This document shows, in pieces, positions 28,680-36,656 of a DNA stretch of 64,000 nucleotides. The first letter of the stretch is position 1; the number at the start of each line of letters is the position of its first letter. Under the pieces are notes generated by a model. That model saw only the letters and a list, made by a program, of their open reading frames with translations, was not told the DNA's origin and did not search any database. This DNA comes from an uncultured Clostridia bacterium (GTDB lineage Bacteria > Bacillota > Clostridia > Oscillospirales > UMGS1783). The stretch is from positions 93,648 to 157,647 of the forward strand of contig CALKPL010000038.1 in assembly GCA_937991645.1 (NCBI GenBank), read 5' to 3'. The position numbers were made by a program, and so were the translations under genes.

Positions 28680-30980
28680 TTATTTCCCGGCCGCCGCCTT
28701 TTTCCGCCTGTAGAACAGCATCCCCAGCACCCCGCCGCAGGAGGCCATCATCAGGCCGATCCACAGCGCCATATCGCTGCCGTCCCCAGTCTGGGGGCTG
28801 CCGGTGTCGCCGGAAGGATCCTGCTGACCCTGCGAATCGGATGAATCGGTCGGATCAGTCGAATCGGTTGGCTCTCCGGTTCCCGCTGCAGGGATGGCTT
28901 CAGTCTGCACATATTCACAGACTGCACAGCCGCGCTCTCTGGAACCCGCTTCAGTCTCGGTGGCCTCTTTGGTTACTTTCCAATCGCCGTAGGTATGGTT
29001 TGCCACATTCAGCTTTTCACCGCAGGAGCATTCCTTCCAGTGCTCGGTTTCGTCATATTTCCACGTTTCATCATGGATGCCGTGCTCATGCCCGATCTCC
29101 GGGATGATTTCAACCTGCACATATTCACAGACCGTACAGCCGCGCTCTCTGGAACCCACTTCGGTTTCAGTGGCCTCTTTGGTTACTTTCCAATCGCCGT
29201 AGATATGGTTTGCCACATTCAGCTTTTCACCGCAGGAGCATTCCTGCCAGTGCTGGGTTTTGTCATATTTCCATGTTTCGTCATGGATGCCATGCTCATG
29301 TTCAAGCATCGGAATGGTTTCGGTCTGAACATGGTCGCAGACCGTGCAGTCACGTGCTTTGGAGCCTTCTTCGGTCTCGGTGGCCGGCTTCGTCACTCTC
29401 CATTCGCCGTAGGCATGGTTTGCCACATTCAGCTTTTCACCGCAGGAGCATTCCTGCCAGTGCTGGGTTTTGTCATATTTCCATGTTTCGTCATGGATGC
29501 CATGCTCATGTTCAAGCATCGGAATGGTTTCGGTCTGAACATGGTCGCAGACCGTGCAGTCACGTGCTTTGGAGCCTTCTTCGGTCTCGGTGGCCGGCTT
29601 CGTCACGCTCCATTCGCCGTAGGCATGGTTTGCCACATTCAGCTTTTCACCACAGGAACACTCCTTCCAGTGATTAGTATCATCATATTTCCATGTTTCG
29701 TCATGGATGCCATGCTCATGTTCAAGCATCGGAATGGTTTCGGTCTGAACATGGTCGCAGACCGTGCAGTCACGTGCTTTGGAGCCTTCTTCGGTCTCGG
29801 TGGCCGGCTTCGTCACGCTCCATTCGCCGTAGGCATGGTTTGCCACATTCAGCTTTTCACCACAGGAACACTCCTTCCAGTGATTAGTATCATCATATTT
29901 CCATGTTTCGTCATGGATGCCATGCTCATGTTCAAGCATCGGAATGGTTTCGGTCTGCACATAGTCGCAGACCGTGCAGTCACGCTCTCTGGAACCTTCT
30001 TCGGTCTCGGTGGCCTCTTTGGTTACTCTCCAATCGCCGTAGATATGGTTTGCCACATTCAGCTTTTCACCACAGGAACACTCCTGCCAGTGCTCGGTAT
30101 CGTTATATTTCCATGTTTCGTCATGGATGCTGTGTTCATGAACCGGAATCGTCTCTTCCTGCTTATATTTGCAGATGGAGCAGGTACGTTCTCTGGAACC
30201 TGTTTCGGTTGTGGTAGGCTCCTTTGTTATCGTCCAATCATCGAAAGTATGGTCGGCTACAGTATCTTGATTAACTTCTTTGCAGTAGTAGCATTCCTTC
30301 CAGTGTGTAGTCGAACCGCTACTCCAGTCGTCGGTATAGTAATGTTGGTGTTCCCTGTATCTATCAATCTGCTCATAGCCGCAGGTAAGGCACCGCCTTT
30401 CACATACGTCATACTTCGTATTTACATCATAATAGATCAGCTCCCATTCGCCGAAGTTATGGGGGCTCTCTTCAGATTTCTCTCCGCAGCTGCATTCTTT
30501 CCAATGCTGGGTTCCATTATTTTTCCAGCCGCCGAAGCTGTGTTCATGGGGGGGAGTAGGCCCCTCTCCGCCGCCGGTATTGCCGCCGATTGCCCAGTCG
30601 CCCCAGGCGTCTCTCTTCCATACGGTATAAGAGCCGTCCGGATCGCCGGTAAGGTAAATCTGTCTGGCCCGTACTTTAAGCGTATACGCATCCTTCGACT
30701 GAGTGATATTCTTCGAATCGAAAAATACCCACCTGTCTATCTCAACGCTTTCTGTCTGGAGTACCTGGCCGTTCAGTACCAGCTGCGCCTCATACTCAAG
30801 ATACGTGCTGCCTGATGCGTTGGCAGGTTTATCCCACATTACCTGGTTTCCATATCCCGACCAGCGGGGATTTTCCGGCACATATTGCCCCGCAGCAAAC
30901 ACTGTCGCCGGCAGTATTCCTACCACCATGCATAAGGACAGCAGCAGCGCCAGCAAACTCTTTTTTCGAAGCATCTTCAT
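28680..30980 (-). CDS. Sortase-anchored surface protein with six 70-aa Cys/His repeats
   Basis: Signal peptide MKMLRKKSLLALLLSLCMVVGILPATVFA. Fn3-like N-terminal domain paralogous to the neighbours. Repeats HEHGIHDETWKYD.T.HW.ECSCGEKLNVANH.YG.W.VTK.ATETE.GS..R.C.VC.YVQ.E.IP. C-terminal SPQTGD sorting signal. Confidence 0.9.
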   Translation of the reverse strand: MKMLRKKSLLALLLSLCMVVGILPATVFAAGQYVPENPRWSGYGNQVMWDKPANASGSTYLEYEAQLVLNGQVLQTESVEIDRWVFFDSKNITQSKDAYTLKVRARQIYLTGDPDGSYTVWKRDAWGDWAIGGNTGGGEGPTPPHEHSFGGWKNNGTQHWKECSCGEKSEESPHNFGEWELIYYDVNTKYDVCERRCLTCGYEQIDRYREHQHYYTDDWSSGSTTHWKECYYCKEVNQDTVADHTFDDWTITKEPTTTETGSRERTCSICKYKQEETIPVHEHSIHDETWKYNDTEHWQECSCGEKLNVANHIYGDWRVTKEATETEEGSRERDCTVCDYVQTETIPMLEHEHGIHDETWKYDDTNHWKECSCGEKLNVANHAYGEWSVTKPATETEEGSKARDCTVCDHVQTETIPMLEHEHGIHDETWKYDDTNHWKECSCGEKLNVANHAYGEWSVTKPATETEEGSKARDCTVCDHVQTETIPMLEHEHGIHDETWKYDKTQHWQECSCGEKLNVANHAYGEWRVTKPATETEEGSKARDCTVCDHVQTETIPMLEHEHGIHDETWKYDKTQHWQECSCGEKLNVANHIYGDWKVTKEATETEVGSRERGCTVCEYVQVEIIPEIGHEHGIHDETWKYDETEHWKECSCGEKLNVANHTYGDWKVTKEATETEAGSRERGCAVCEYVQTEAIPAAGTGEPTDSTDPTDSSDSQGQQDPSGDTGSPQTGDGSDMALWIGLMMASCGGVLGMLFYRRKKAAAGK
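28890..30150. repeat. About 6 x 210-bp in-frame tandem repeat
   Basis: The phase marker agcttttcac recurs at 29011, 29221, 29431, 29641, 29851 and 30061. Units 29221-29430 and 29431-29640 differ only at 29397 versus 29607. Confidence 0.95.
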
Positions 30981-31000
30981 TCTCTCCTTTACAAGTAGAA

Positions 31001-32176
31001 TCAGTTTTTGGTATCTCCGCCGTCCGGTTCGGACGGATCCTTTCCTCCGGCTGGCGGGTTATCCTGTGCCTTCCGCTTTTTCCTGTATAAGAATACAAGC
31101 AGCAGCGCCAGCAGGACAGCCGCCGGTATCGCGGCCAACAGAACGATGTAGACGGCGTTTCCATCCTTTTCGTCTCCCGGCAACGGGGCGGGTTGGATGA
31201 TTGCAGAAACGGAGAAGGGGGTATCGGAACCGAGTACGGCATACCGGCCCGGGCCGCCGGCTTCAAAGACCAGGCTGCCGTCTTCGGCCTTTGCCTCTAT
31301 GCGCTCCGGCTCGCCGTCCACCCGCACCGCCTGGTAATGGGCGTAGCCCTCCAGATGGCTGTTCATCGGGATGCGCACCGTCATGGCGCTGTCTTTGATT
31401 TCCACCGGCTCCCCGTTCTGGCGGATGCTGATCTCATACACCGACAGCAGGCCGTCCAGCGCTTCTTTCAGCTCCGGCTTCTCTTCAAGCAGGCTCTCCG
31501 CCTCCATGACGCCGGCGTACAGCTCCACACCCTCCGGAACCGCTTCGGACAGGGAGACGGAAACGCCGGTATTTTCATCGGTCAGCTCCGCGATGCCTTC
31601 GCCGCCGGAATCCTGCCCGTTATCCGTGGTTTCCCCGGTGGCTGACGTCTGCGCGGCGTCCCTTGTCTCGGCGTAGCCGCAGACGGTGCAGATGCGGCTC
31701 TCTGTATTGCCATCCGCCGTCCATGCGCCGAAGCTGTGATCCGCCGCATCCTTTTTGTCGCCGCAGGAGCACGCCTGCCAGTGCTGTGCCGCGTCGTGCT
31801 TTTGGGTATAGCTGTGCTCATGGGGCGGTTCGGCTTCTCCGACGTCCGCCACCATATACTGGCCGTCCGGGTCGCCCACGATCATGATCCATCTGGCACG
31901 CACCCGTATGGTGTACTCCTCCTGCGGCCGCGTCACCACATCGTTTGTGAAAAACAAATAGGTGTCGATTTCCACTGCCTTGGACTCGACCACATCGTCG
32001 CCCAGCAGCAGCTGTGCCTCGTATTCAAAGCTATCGCCGGAGGCCGCTCCTGCCGGCCGGCCCCACTGCACCTGGTTTTGGTAGCCCGACCAGCGGGGGT
32101 TCCCTGGCACATATTCCCCCGCCGCCGAAACGGACAGGGGAAGGGCCGCGATCATCAGGCATACCGCCAGCAGCAT
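31001..32176 (-). CDS. TM-anchored surface protein paralogue (5' end ambiguous; possible homopolymer frameshift)
   Basis: AAGEYVPGNPRWSGYQNQVQW.. is paralogous to AAGQYVPENPRWSGYGNQVMW.. of the next gene. One H..HW.ACSCG..H.FG.W..C.VCGY module. C-terminal TM segment + RKKRK tail. The in-frame ATG at 32176 gives only MLLAVCLMIAALPLSVSA. The RBS-preceded ATG at 32228 is one nucleotide out of frame. Confidence 0.7.
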   Translation of the reverse strand: MLLAVCLMIAALPLSVSAAGEYVPGNPRWSGYQNQVQWGRPAGAASGDSFEYEAQLLLGDDVVESKAVEIDTYLFFTNDVVTRPQEEYTIRVRARWIMIVGDPDGQYMVADVGEAEPPHEHSYTQKHDAAQHWQACSCGDKKDAADHSFGAWTADGNTESRICTVCGYAETRDAAQTSATGETTDNGQDSGGEGIAELTDENTGVSVSLSEAVPEGVELYAGVMEAESLLEEKPELKEALDGLLSVYEISIRQNGEPVEIKDSAMTVRIPMNSHLEGYAHYQAVRVDGEPERIEAKAEDGSLVFEAGGPGRYAVLGSDTPFSVSAIIQPAPLPGDEKDGNAVYIVLLAAIPAAVLLALLLVFLYRKKRKAQDNPPAGGKDPSEPDGGDTKN

Positions 32177-32244
32177 ACTGAAAAGCCATGCGCCTTTTTG
32201 CCGCCCCGGCGGTTTTTTCCCTGCGCATACGCAATCTCCTCCCT

Positions 32245-32862
32245 TTATCGCACCGGAGCGCCCTGCGAGGAAAGCGGTGCTCCGCATGCTCCGCAGAAGC
32301 GGCTTCCGGGCGGTATCTCCGCCCCGCACTGGGGGCATTTGTTTTCCAGCTTCGCCCCGCAGTTGTTGCAGAATTTGGCGCCGGCCGCACACTGGGTTTT
32401 GCAGGCGGGGCAAACCACCATACCCGCGTTCAGTTCCGCCCCGGCGTTTCGCACCACCACCGAGCGGCCGCCGGAGACGATGCACTGCTCAATCACCTGG
32501 AAAATCTCTTCCGGCAGCTTTTTCTGCTTGTAGGCGCCCACACCGGCAGTCACCGCCAGCGGCCATGCGATAAACCATCCCAGCGCGCCGGCGCCGATCT
32601 TATCCGACCATTCGCCCTGACCCACGGTGACGTTTAAGTTGTCATCCATCCGGATCATCTGCACCGTCGTAGCCATCCTCATGCCGGCAATGGTCTTCCA
32701 GCCGTCTTTTTCCTGACGGCCCTGCACCACATAGCCTTCTGTGGTTTCGGCACTCTGTACCTCCATCCCCTTAGCGGATGAAAGGAACGCCTCCACCGCG
32801 TTTGCCACCACCTGGGTACTCATGCCGGCAGGCAGCCGGAATACTCTCGATTCATTTGCCAT
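32245..32862 (-). CDS. Double zinc-ribbon protein with unknown N-terminal domain
   Basis: C-terminus CPACKTQCAAGAKFCNNCGAKLENKCPQCGAEIPPGSRFCGACG (four CxxC pairs). Hydrophobic segment GAGALGWFIAWPLAVTAGVGAY. Confidence 0.8.
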   Translation of the reverse strand: MANESRVFRLPAGMSTQVVANAVEAFLSSAKGMEVQSAETTEGYVVQGRQEKDGWKTIAGMRMATTVQMIRMDDNLNVTVGQGEWSDKIGAGALGWFIAWPLAVTAGVGAYKQKKLPEEIFQVIEQCIVSGGRSVVVRNAGAELNAGMVVCPACKTQCAAGAKFCNNCGAKLENKCPQCGAEIPPGSRFCGACGAPLSSQGAPVR

Positions 32863-32875
32863 CTCGTCTTCCTCC

Positions 32876-33187
32876 TCATTCTAAAGCCTGTACCTCATCG
32901 ATATGCTGCAGTACGCTGTCTGCCAGATAACGTACTGCCAGCTGTTTTTCCTCCTCACTCAGGCCGCTTGCCGGACGGAGCATGGAAACATGGAGGATCG
33001 ATGTGTTGATGGTCTGTTCCGTCACGGCAAAGGCGTACTCACTGGTATGCCCCAGCACCTTCGCCTCCGCCTTGATATCGCCGACCAGCGTCTGCTCGTA
33101 TTGGCAGCCCATCCGGTCCAGCACGTCAAAGACGGCGTACACAGCCATGCGGCGGGGACAGTTGACATTTCTTTTTAGACTCAGCAC
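32876..33187 (-). CDS. Hypothetical protein (103 aa)
   Basis: ORF tightly packed between the kinase and the zinc-ribbon gene. No motif recognised. Confidence 0.6.
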   Translation of the reverse strand: MLSLKRNVNCPRRMAVYAVFDVLDRMGCQYEQTLVGDIKAEAKVLGHTSEYAFAVTEQTINTSILHVSMLRPASGLSEEEKQLAVRYLADSVLQHIDEVQALE

Positions 33188-33222
33188 TTTTTTCTCCTTT
33201 CCCCCGGAAACGGGGCTGTCAT

Positions 33223-35373
33223 CTATTTCACAGGTCGAATCGTATTGGTCACATCCAACAGCATTCCGTCGAAAAGCTCGTCTTCTGTTGCTGCACTGAT
33301 AAGAATCACAAACGCCAAGCCGCCGTACTCGCCGCCGTAAACGCTGAGATAGGTGTCATCTTCAGTATAGGTGTACTCATCAACAATCCAGTCAATTCCG
33401 CCGCTCTTGTATTGCCAACGTTCTTTTCGCGGTTGAAAAGATTCTTTGACCAGTACTTCCGCAATACCATCCATCCAGATTTCCTTATTGAAAGTATCGC
33501 TTATCTGCTGACTTTGCACTTCCACACCAACCGCAGCCGTACTTTTCTCCATCCTTAGCCGGCTTTCTCCGAGCACAGTAAACTGAATCTCGCTCTCGTC
33601 CTCCCAATAGAGGAATTGAAACGGGAGATTTTCATCATAAAATCGCTGGTAAATTGTGCCCGCCGGACCGTTGCTTCGGAAGGAATCCATTGCTGCAAAG
33701 ATTTCCGCCTGCGCCTTCTCATCCCCCTGAGGATAGGAGCCGATAAGATTGTAGCAGCCAAACCCATTCTGGCATTCGATGAACGCCGCCAAAAATTCCA
33801 TGGTTGTGCCTCCGCTTTCGGTAGCAGAAAACTGGATCAAGTAGGTGTCCAAAGAACTGCCCTCCCGGTAACCCCGGCTGAGGATCTCATGCTTTGTGAT
33901 ATTGGTGCTCTCCAGCAGGCCGATATAATACTGGACATATTTCTCCGCGTTCTCCTCCACATCAGAAAGGGTATACACCGGAAAACCGGCGGCCTTATCG
34001 TAAAATCCCACCTGCAGGGTAGCGCTCCCATCCGATGAAGCAAAAGCTCCGCTGCCGGACTCTGTTTCTGCATACCCCTGGGGGATCCCCATGGTGATAT
34101 TCAGATACTCCTGAGCGTAGTCCTGCAAGGCGACATCGTCTACGCCCTCGGGTTCCTGCACTGTTATATCGAAAGGAGTGCCAGATGGCCCGTCAGAAGA
34201 ACCCGGCTCTGCTTTCCCGCCGGTCAGCGCACCGATCCCCGCTACTGCTCCCCAGACGCCCAGACCCAGCACAGCAACGCACAGCACCAGCGCCGTGATC
34301 TGTACCCCGATATGGCTCCGCCGGAATCTGGTCCAAAGCCCCGGCTTTCCATCGGAACCTGCAGCCGTTTGACCGGATGGCACAGCCATGGTACGGTGAT
34401 GGAAAGACGCCGGGGTTTTCCCGGTAATCCCTTCAATAAAGGCCTCCATGGTGGAGAAACGATCCTCCGCTTTTACCGCGAGCGCCTTCATGATCGCCTG
34501 TTCCACCTGCGGAGGCAGGGGAACGCCCAGCTCCGAGGGCTTTTTCAGCGTATCGTTATGGACCCGCATGATGGAATCCGGCGGCAGCTCCCCGGTCACG
34601 CAGCGGTACAGGGTGGCGCCCATGGCGTATACATCCGTCCACGGCCCCTGGTTCCCCTTACTGGAATACTGCTCCTCCGGCGCGTAGCCATGTTTCAGGA
34701 TGACCGACACGCTTTTTTCATCTCCGATAGAAAACCGGGCCGCGCCGAAATCCAGCAGCTTGCTCTCTCCCTTGGAGGTAATGGAGATGTTGTCCGGGCT
34801 GATATCCCGGTGGGTCAGGTTCAGGGCATGAACCTGCGTCAACGCCTGCATCACCGGCATCAGGATGGTCAGCGCCTGGTCATAGGGAATCTTCCCGCCC
34901 TGGGATGCAACGTATGCCTTCAGGCTCATGCCGTCGATATATTCCATCACGAAATAGGCCGTGTTGTTTTCCTTAAAATAATTCTGCACCGACACGATGT
35001 TCGGCGTATTCTGCAGTTTGGCAAGGATCCGCGCTTCCTCTAAAAAGCGCTCCATGCCGTTTTGATAATCCTCCTGGCCCCGTCCGGTCAGTGCCACGCT
35101 GTACTTATCGGAATGCCGGGTAGCAAGACCGGAGGGCATATATTCCTTGACGGCTACCTTAATCTCCAGCGTCAGGTCATAGCCCAGATAGGTGATGCCG
35201 AACCCGCCCACGCCCAGGACCTTTCCGGTCATGTAGCGGCCGTTCAGCAGTGCGCCCATGGGCAGCGCCAAAAACGGCTGCTCCTCCTCCGCATTAAACC
35301 CGCAGTGGGGGCAGACAGGGGAATCGTCCGGCTTTTCCTGAAAGCAGCCATAGCAGATATGTTCCAAGTTCAT
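33223..35373 (-). CDS. Transmembrane Ser/Thr protein kinase with N-terminal zinc ribbon (paralogue 2)
   Basis: ICYGCF..VCPHCGF, then GVGGFGITY, VAVKE, HRDISPDNI, DFGAARF and APEE. TM segment ITALVLCVAVLGLGVWGAVAGI. Extracellular domain paralogous to that of 36657-38936. Confidence 0.9.
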   Translation of the reverse strand: MNLEHICYGCFQEKPDDSPVCPHCGFNAEEEQPFLALPMGALLNGRYMTGKVLGVGGFGITYLGYDLTLEIKVAVKEYMPSGLATRHSDKYSVALTGRGQEDYQNGMERFLEEARILAKLQNTPNIVSVQNYFKENNTAYFVMEYIDGMSLKAYVASQGGKIPYDQALTILMPVMQALTQVHALNLTHRDISPDNISITSKGESKLLDFGAARFSIGDEKSVSVILKHGYAPEEQYSSKGNQGPWTDVYAMGATLYRCVTGELPPDSIMRVHNDTLKKPSELGVPLPPQVEQAIMKALAVKAEDRFSTMEAFIEGITGKTPASFHHRTMAVPSGQTAAGSDGKPGLWTRFRRSHIGVQITALVLCVAVLGLGVWGAVAGIGALTGGKAEPGSSDGPSGTPFDITVQEPEGVDDVALQDYAQEYLNITMGIPQGYAETESGSGAFASSDGSATLQVGFYDKAAGFPVYTLSDVEENAEKYVQYYIGLLESTNITKHEILSRGYREGSSLDTYLIQFSATESGGTTMEFLAAFIECQNGFGCYNLIGSYPQGDEKAQAEIFAAMDSFRSNGPAGTIYQRFYDENLPFQFLYWEDESEIQFTVLGESRLRMEKSTAAVGVEVQSQQISDTFNKEIWMDGIAEVLVKESFQPRKERWQYKSGGIDWIVDEYTYTEDDTYLSVYGGEYGGLAFVILISAATEDELFDGMLLDVTNTIRPVK

Positions 35374-35492
35374 GTTTCACTCCTCTTCTTTGTACTTGCG
35401 CCCCGGCCTTTCACCCGCAACAGCAGAAAAACCACTTCCATCAACGCGATCATACCCAGCTCTTCCAGAATGAACGGAAAGACATTCATCAT
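35370..35492 (-). CDS. Candidate 40-aa single-pass membrane micro-protein
   Basis: MMNVFPFILEELGMIALMEVVFLLLRVKGRGASTKKRSET. Its TGA overlaps the kinase ATG (ATGA). A purine-rich ggaggaaagggag..gaggag stretch lies upstream. Not in the ORF track because it is under 60 aa. Confidence 0.35.
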   Translation of the reverse strand: MMNVFPFILEELGMIALMEVVFLLLRVKGRGASTKKRSET

Positions 35493-35581
35493 CTCCTCAA
35501 TCAAGGGCTGTTTCTCCCTTTCCTCCAGACAAACCGAACAGAATACGGCCCCAGCGTCTTGGATCGTCGCAATCTATAACT

Positions 35582-36025
35582 CTAATATAAATACTCTAAT
35601 ATAAAACAGGCGATGGGCGTTCCCACAATTGCAAGCCACCCGCAGCACAGAAGGCAGATCTGAATCATCCGATACATCTTGACATCGGCGGGACAGAAGT
35701 ATTTTTCCGGATCAGATGGGTCAATGTAAATCTCCACCTCAGTTCCGATCTTCTTCTGCGCCTGATGATAGGCCAAATCGATGCCGGTGTTTTTTTGATA
35801 GACGCAGCCCATATACTCGTATTGGTATATCATAAAATAATGGTAGGAATGCTTGATCCGAATCCTCAGCGGTTCGATGACGGTCGCTTTTAGAAAAACC
35901 GTGCAGCCGCTCCCTCTCTGCGTCTTTTTCTTGTAAAAGTGGGCAGGCACGAAAAATATCGCGCAAAGCGGATATATTATCGCGCATACAATCAGAATCC
36001 ACGCAATATCCTCTGCAAAATTCAT
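35582..36025 (-). CDS. DUF3592-like membrane protein (copy c)
   Basis: TM - beta-rich core (..YHYFMIYQYEYMGCVYQ..IGTEVEIYIDPSDPEKYF) - TM. The start is taken at MNFAEDIAW. Confidence 0.7.
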   Translation of the reverse strand: MNFAEDIAWILIVCAIIYPLCAIFFVPAHFYKKKTQRGSGCTVFLKATVIEPLRIRIKHSYHYFMIYQYEYMGCVYQKNTGIDLAYHQAQKKIGTEVEIYIDPSDPEKYFCPADVKMYRMIQICLLCCGWLAIVGTPIACFILEYLY

Positions 36026-36105
36026 GCGTCCCCCTCCTTTCCGCCCGCACCAATCTTTTTTAGGGAAACCGCCTGCCGCAGGTTTCGCTGCGGCAGGCAC
36101 TGAAG

Positions 36106-36651
36106 CTATATTGTTAGCCACATGACTCCAATCATAATCAAAACCGCAATGACGAGAAGAGCGACGATCAGGTAGGCAAGGCGCTGCTGAAAGTAACCCT
36201 TTTCCTCCTCCAGGCAGTAAAAGCTGGTAGGTTTGGCCGGATCGATAAAAAGCGTAAGCTCCGTTCCCACCTTTTTCCGGGCCTGTTCCTCCATTGCCGG
36301 GACATTGCCGATCTGTTCATAGGTCTCTCCCCGGTAGGTATACCGGTACACGGGATAATAGTAGAGTCCCAGCGTCGCCATCTTCACCCCGAGGGAGGCC
36401 GCCCGCCTTCCCGTGCCGCCCGCTCCGCTCAGAAAGTGCGCCGCGGAAACACCCCCTGCGGCTTTCAGCATGCGGTGCTTGTTTCTGGCGTGATAGTTTC
36501 CCACGTCCACAATGGCCGCCCGGCATTCCGCCGTGCAGGCTCTCTTCTTCTCCGTCGTTTTTCTTTTCTTCCTGTAGAACAGCCAGACGGAAACCAGAAG
36601 CGTGACAAGGCCGATGCCGCTCAGAACGAGAATTAGAATAAGATCTTCCAT
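36106..36651 (-). CDS. DUF3592-like membrane protein (copy b)
   Basis: TM - core (..YYYPVYRYTYRGETYEQ..VGTELTLFIDPAKPTSFY) - TM. GGGAGGG lies 9 nt before the ATG at 36651. Confidence 0.7.
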   Translation of the reverse strand: MEDLILILVLSGIGLVTLLVSVWLFYRKKRKTTEKKRACTAECRAAIVDVGNYHARNKHRMLKAAGGVSAAHFLSGAGGTGRRAASLGVKMATLGLYYYPVYRYTYRGETYEQIGNVPAMEEQARKKVGTELTLFIDPAKPTSFYCLEEEKGYFQQRLAYLIVALLVIAVLIMIGVMWLTI

Positions 36652-36656
36652 GCTGG

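Larger units (their letters stand above)
28426..28799. repeat. Direct repeat copy 2 (anchor tail + terminator + leader + signal peptide cassette)
   Basis: See 26196-26567. Confidence 0.85.

Noticed and set aside
28543-28764. ORF MDRPDDGLLRRGAGDAVLQAEKGGGREIRLRDKTKPAKAPAGG.., duplicated as the N-terminal extension of ORF 25015-26532
   Set aside because: It is the wrong-frame translation of the repeated anchor-tail, terminator and leader cassette. It appears twice only because the DNA cassette is duplicated. The proper start codons (ATG 28511, ATT 26280) lie downstream, behind an RBS.
28890-30150. Regular 210-bp periodic repeats considered as a possible CRISPR array
   Set aside because: There are no unique spacers. 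The whole unit repeats and is in-frame coding sequence of a surface protein. No cas genes are present in the window.
28995-30815. 606-aa plus-strand ORF (and 29210-29677, 29693-29887, 29903-30217) antisense to the repeat-containing surface-protein gene
   Set aside because: These are repeat-driven shadow frames. The peptides are low-complexity, repeat with the same 210-bp period, and have no start context. The minus-strand frame has a signal peptide, a sorting signal and a paralogue-supported sequence.
28680-30980. Diversity-generating retroelement targeting the variable surface proteins
   Set aside because: I found no reverse transcriptase ORF and no template/variable repeat pair with adenine-specific differences. 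The variation between repeats is mosaic, consistent with recombination.
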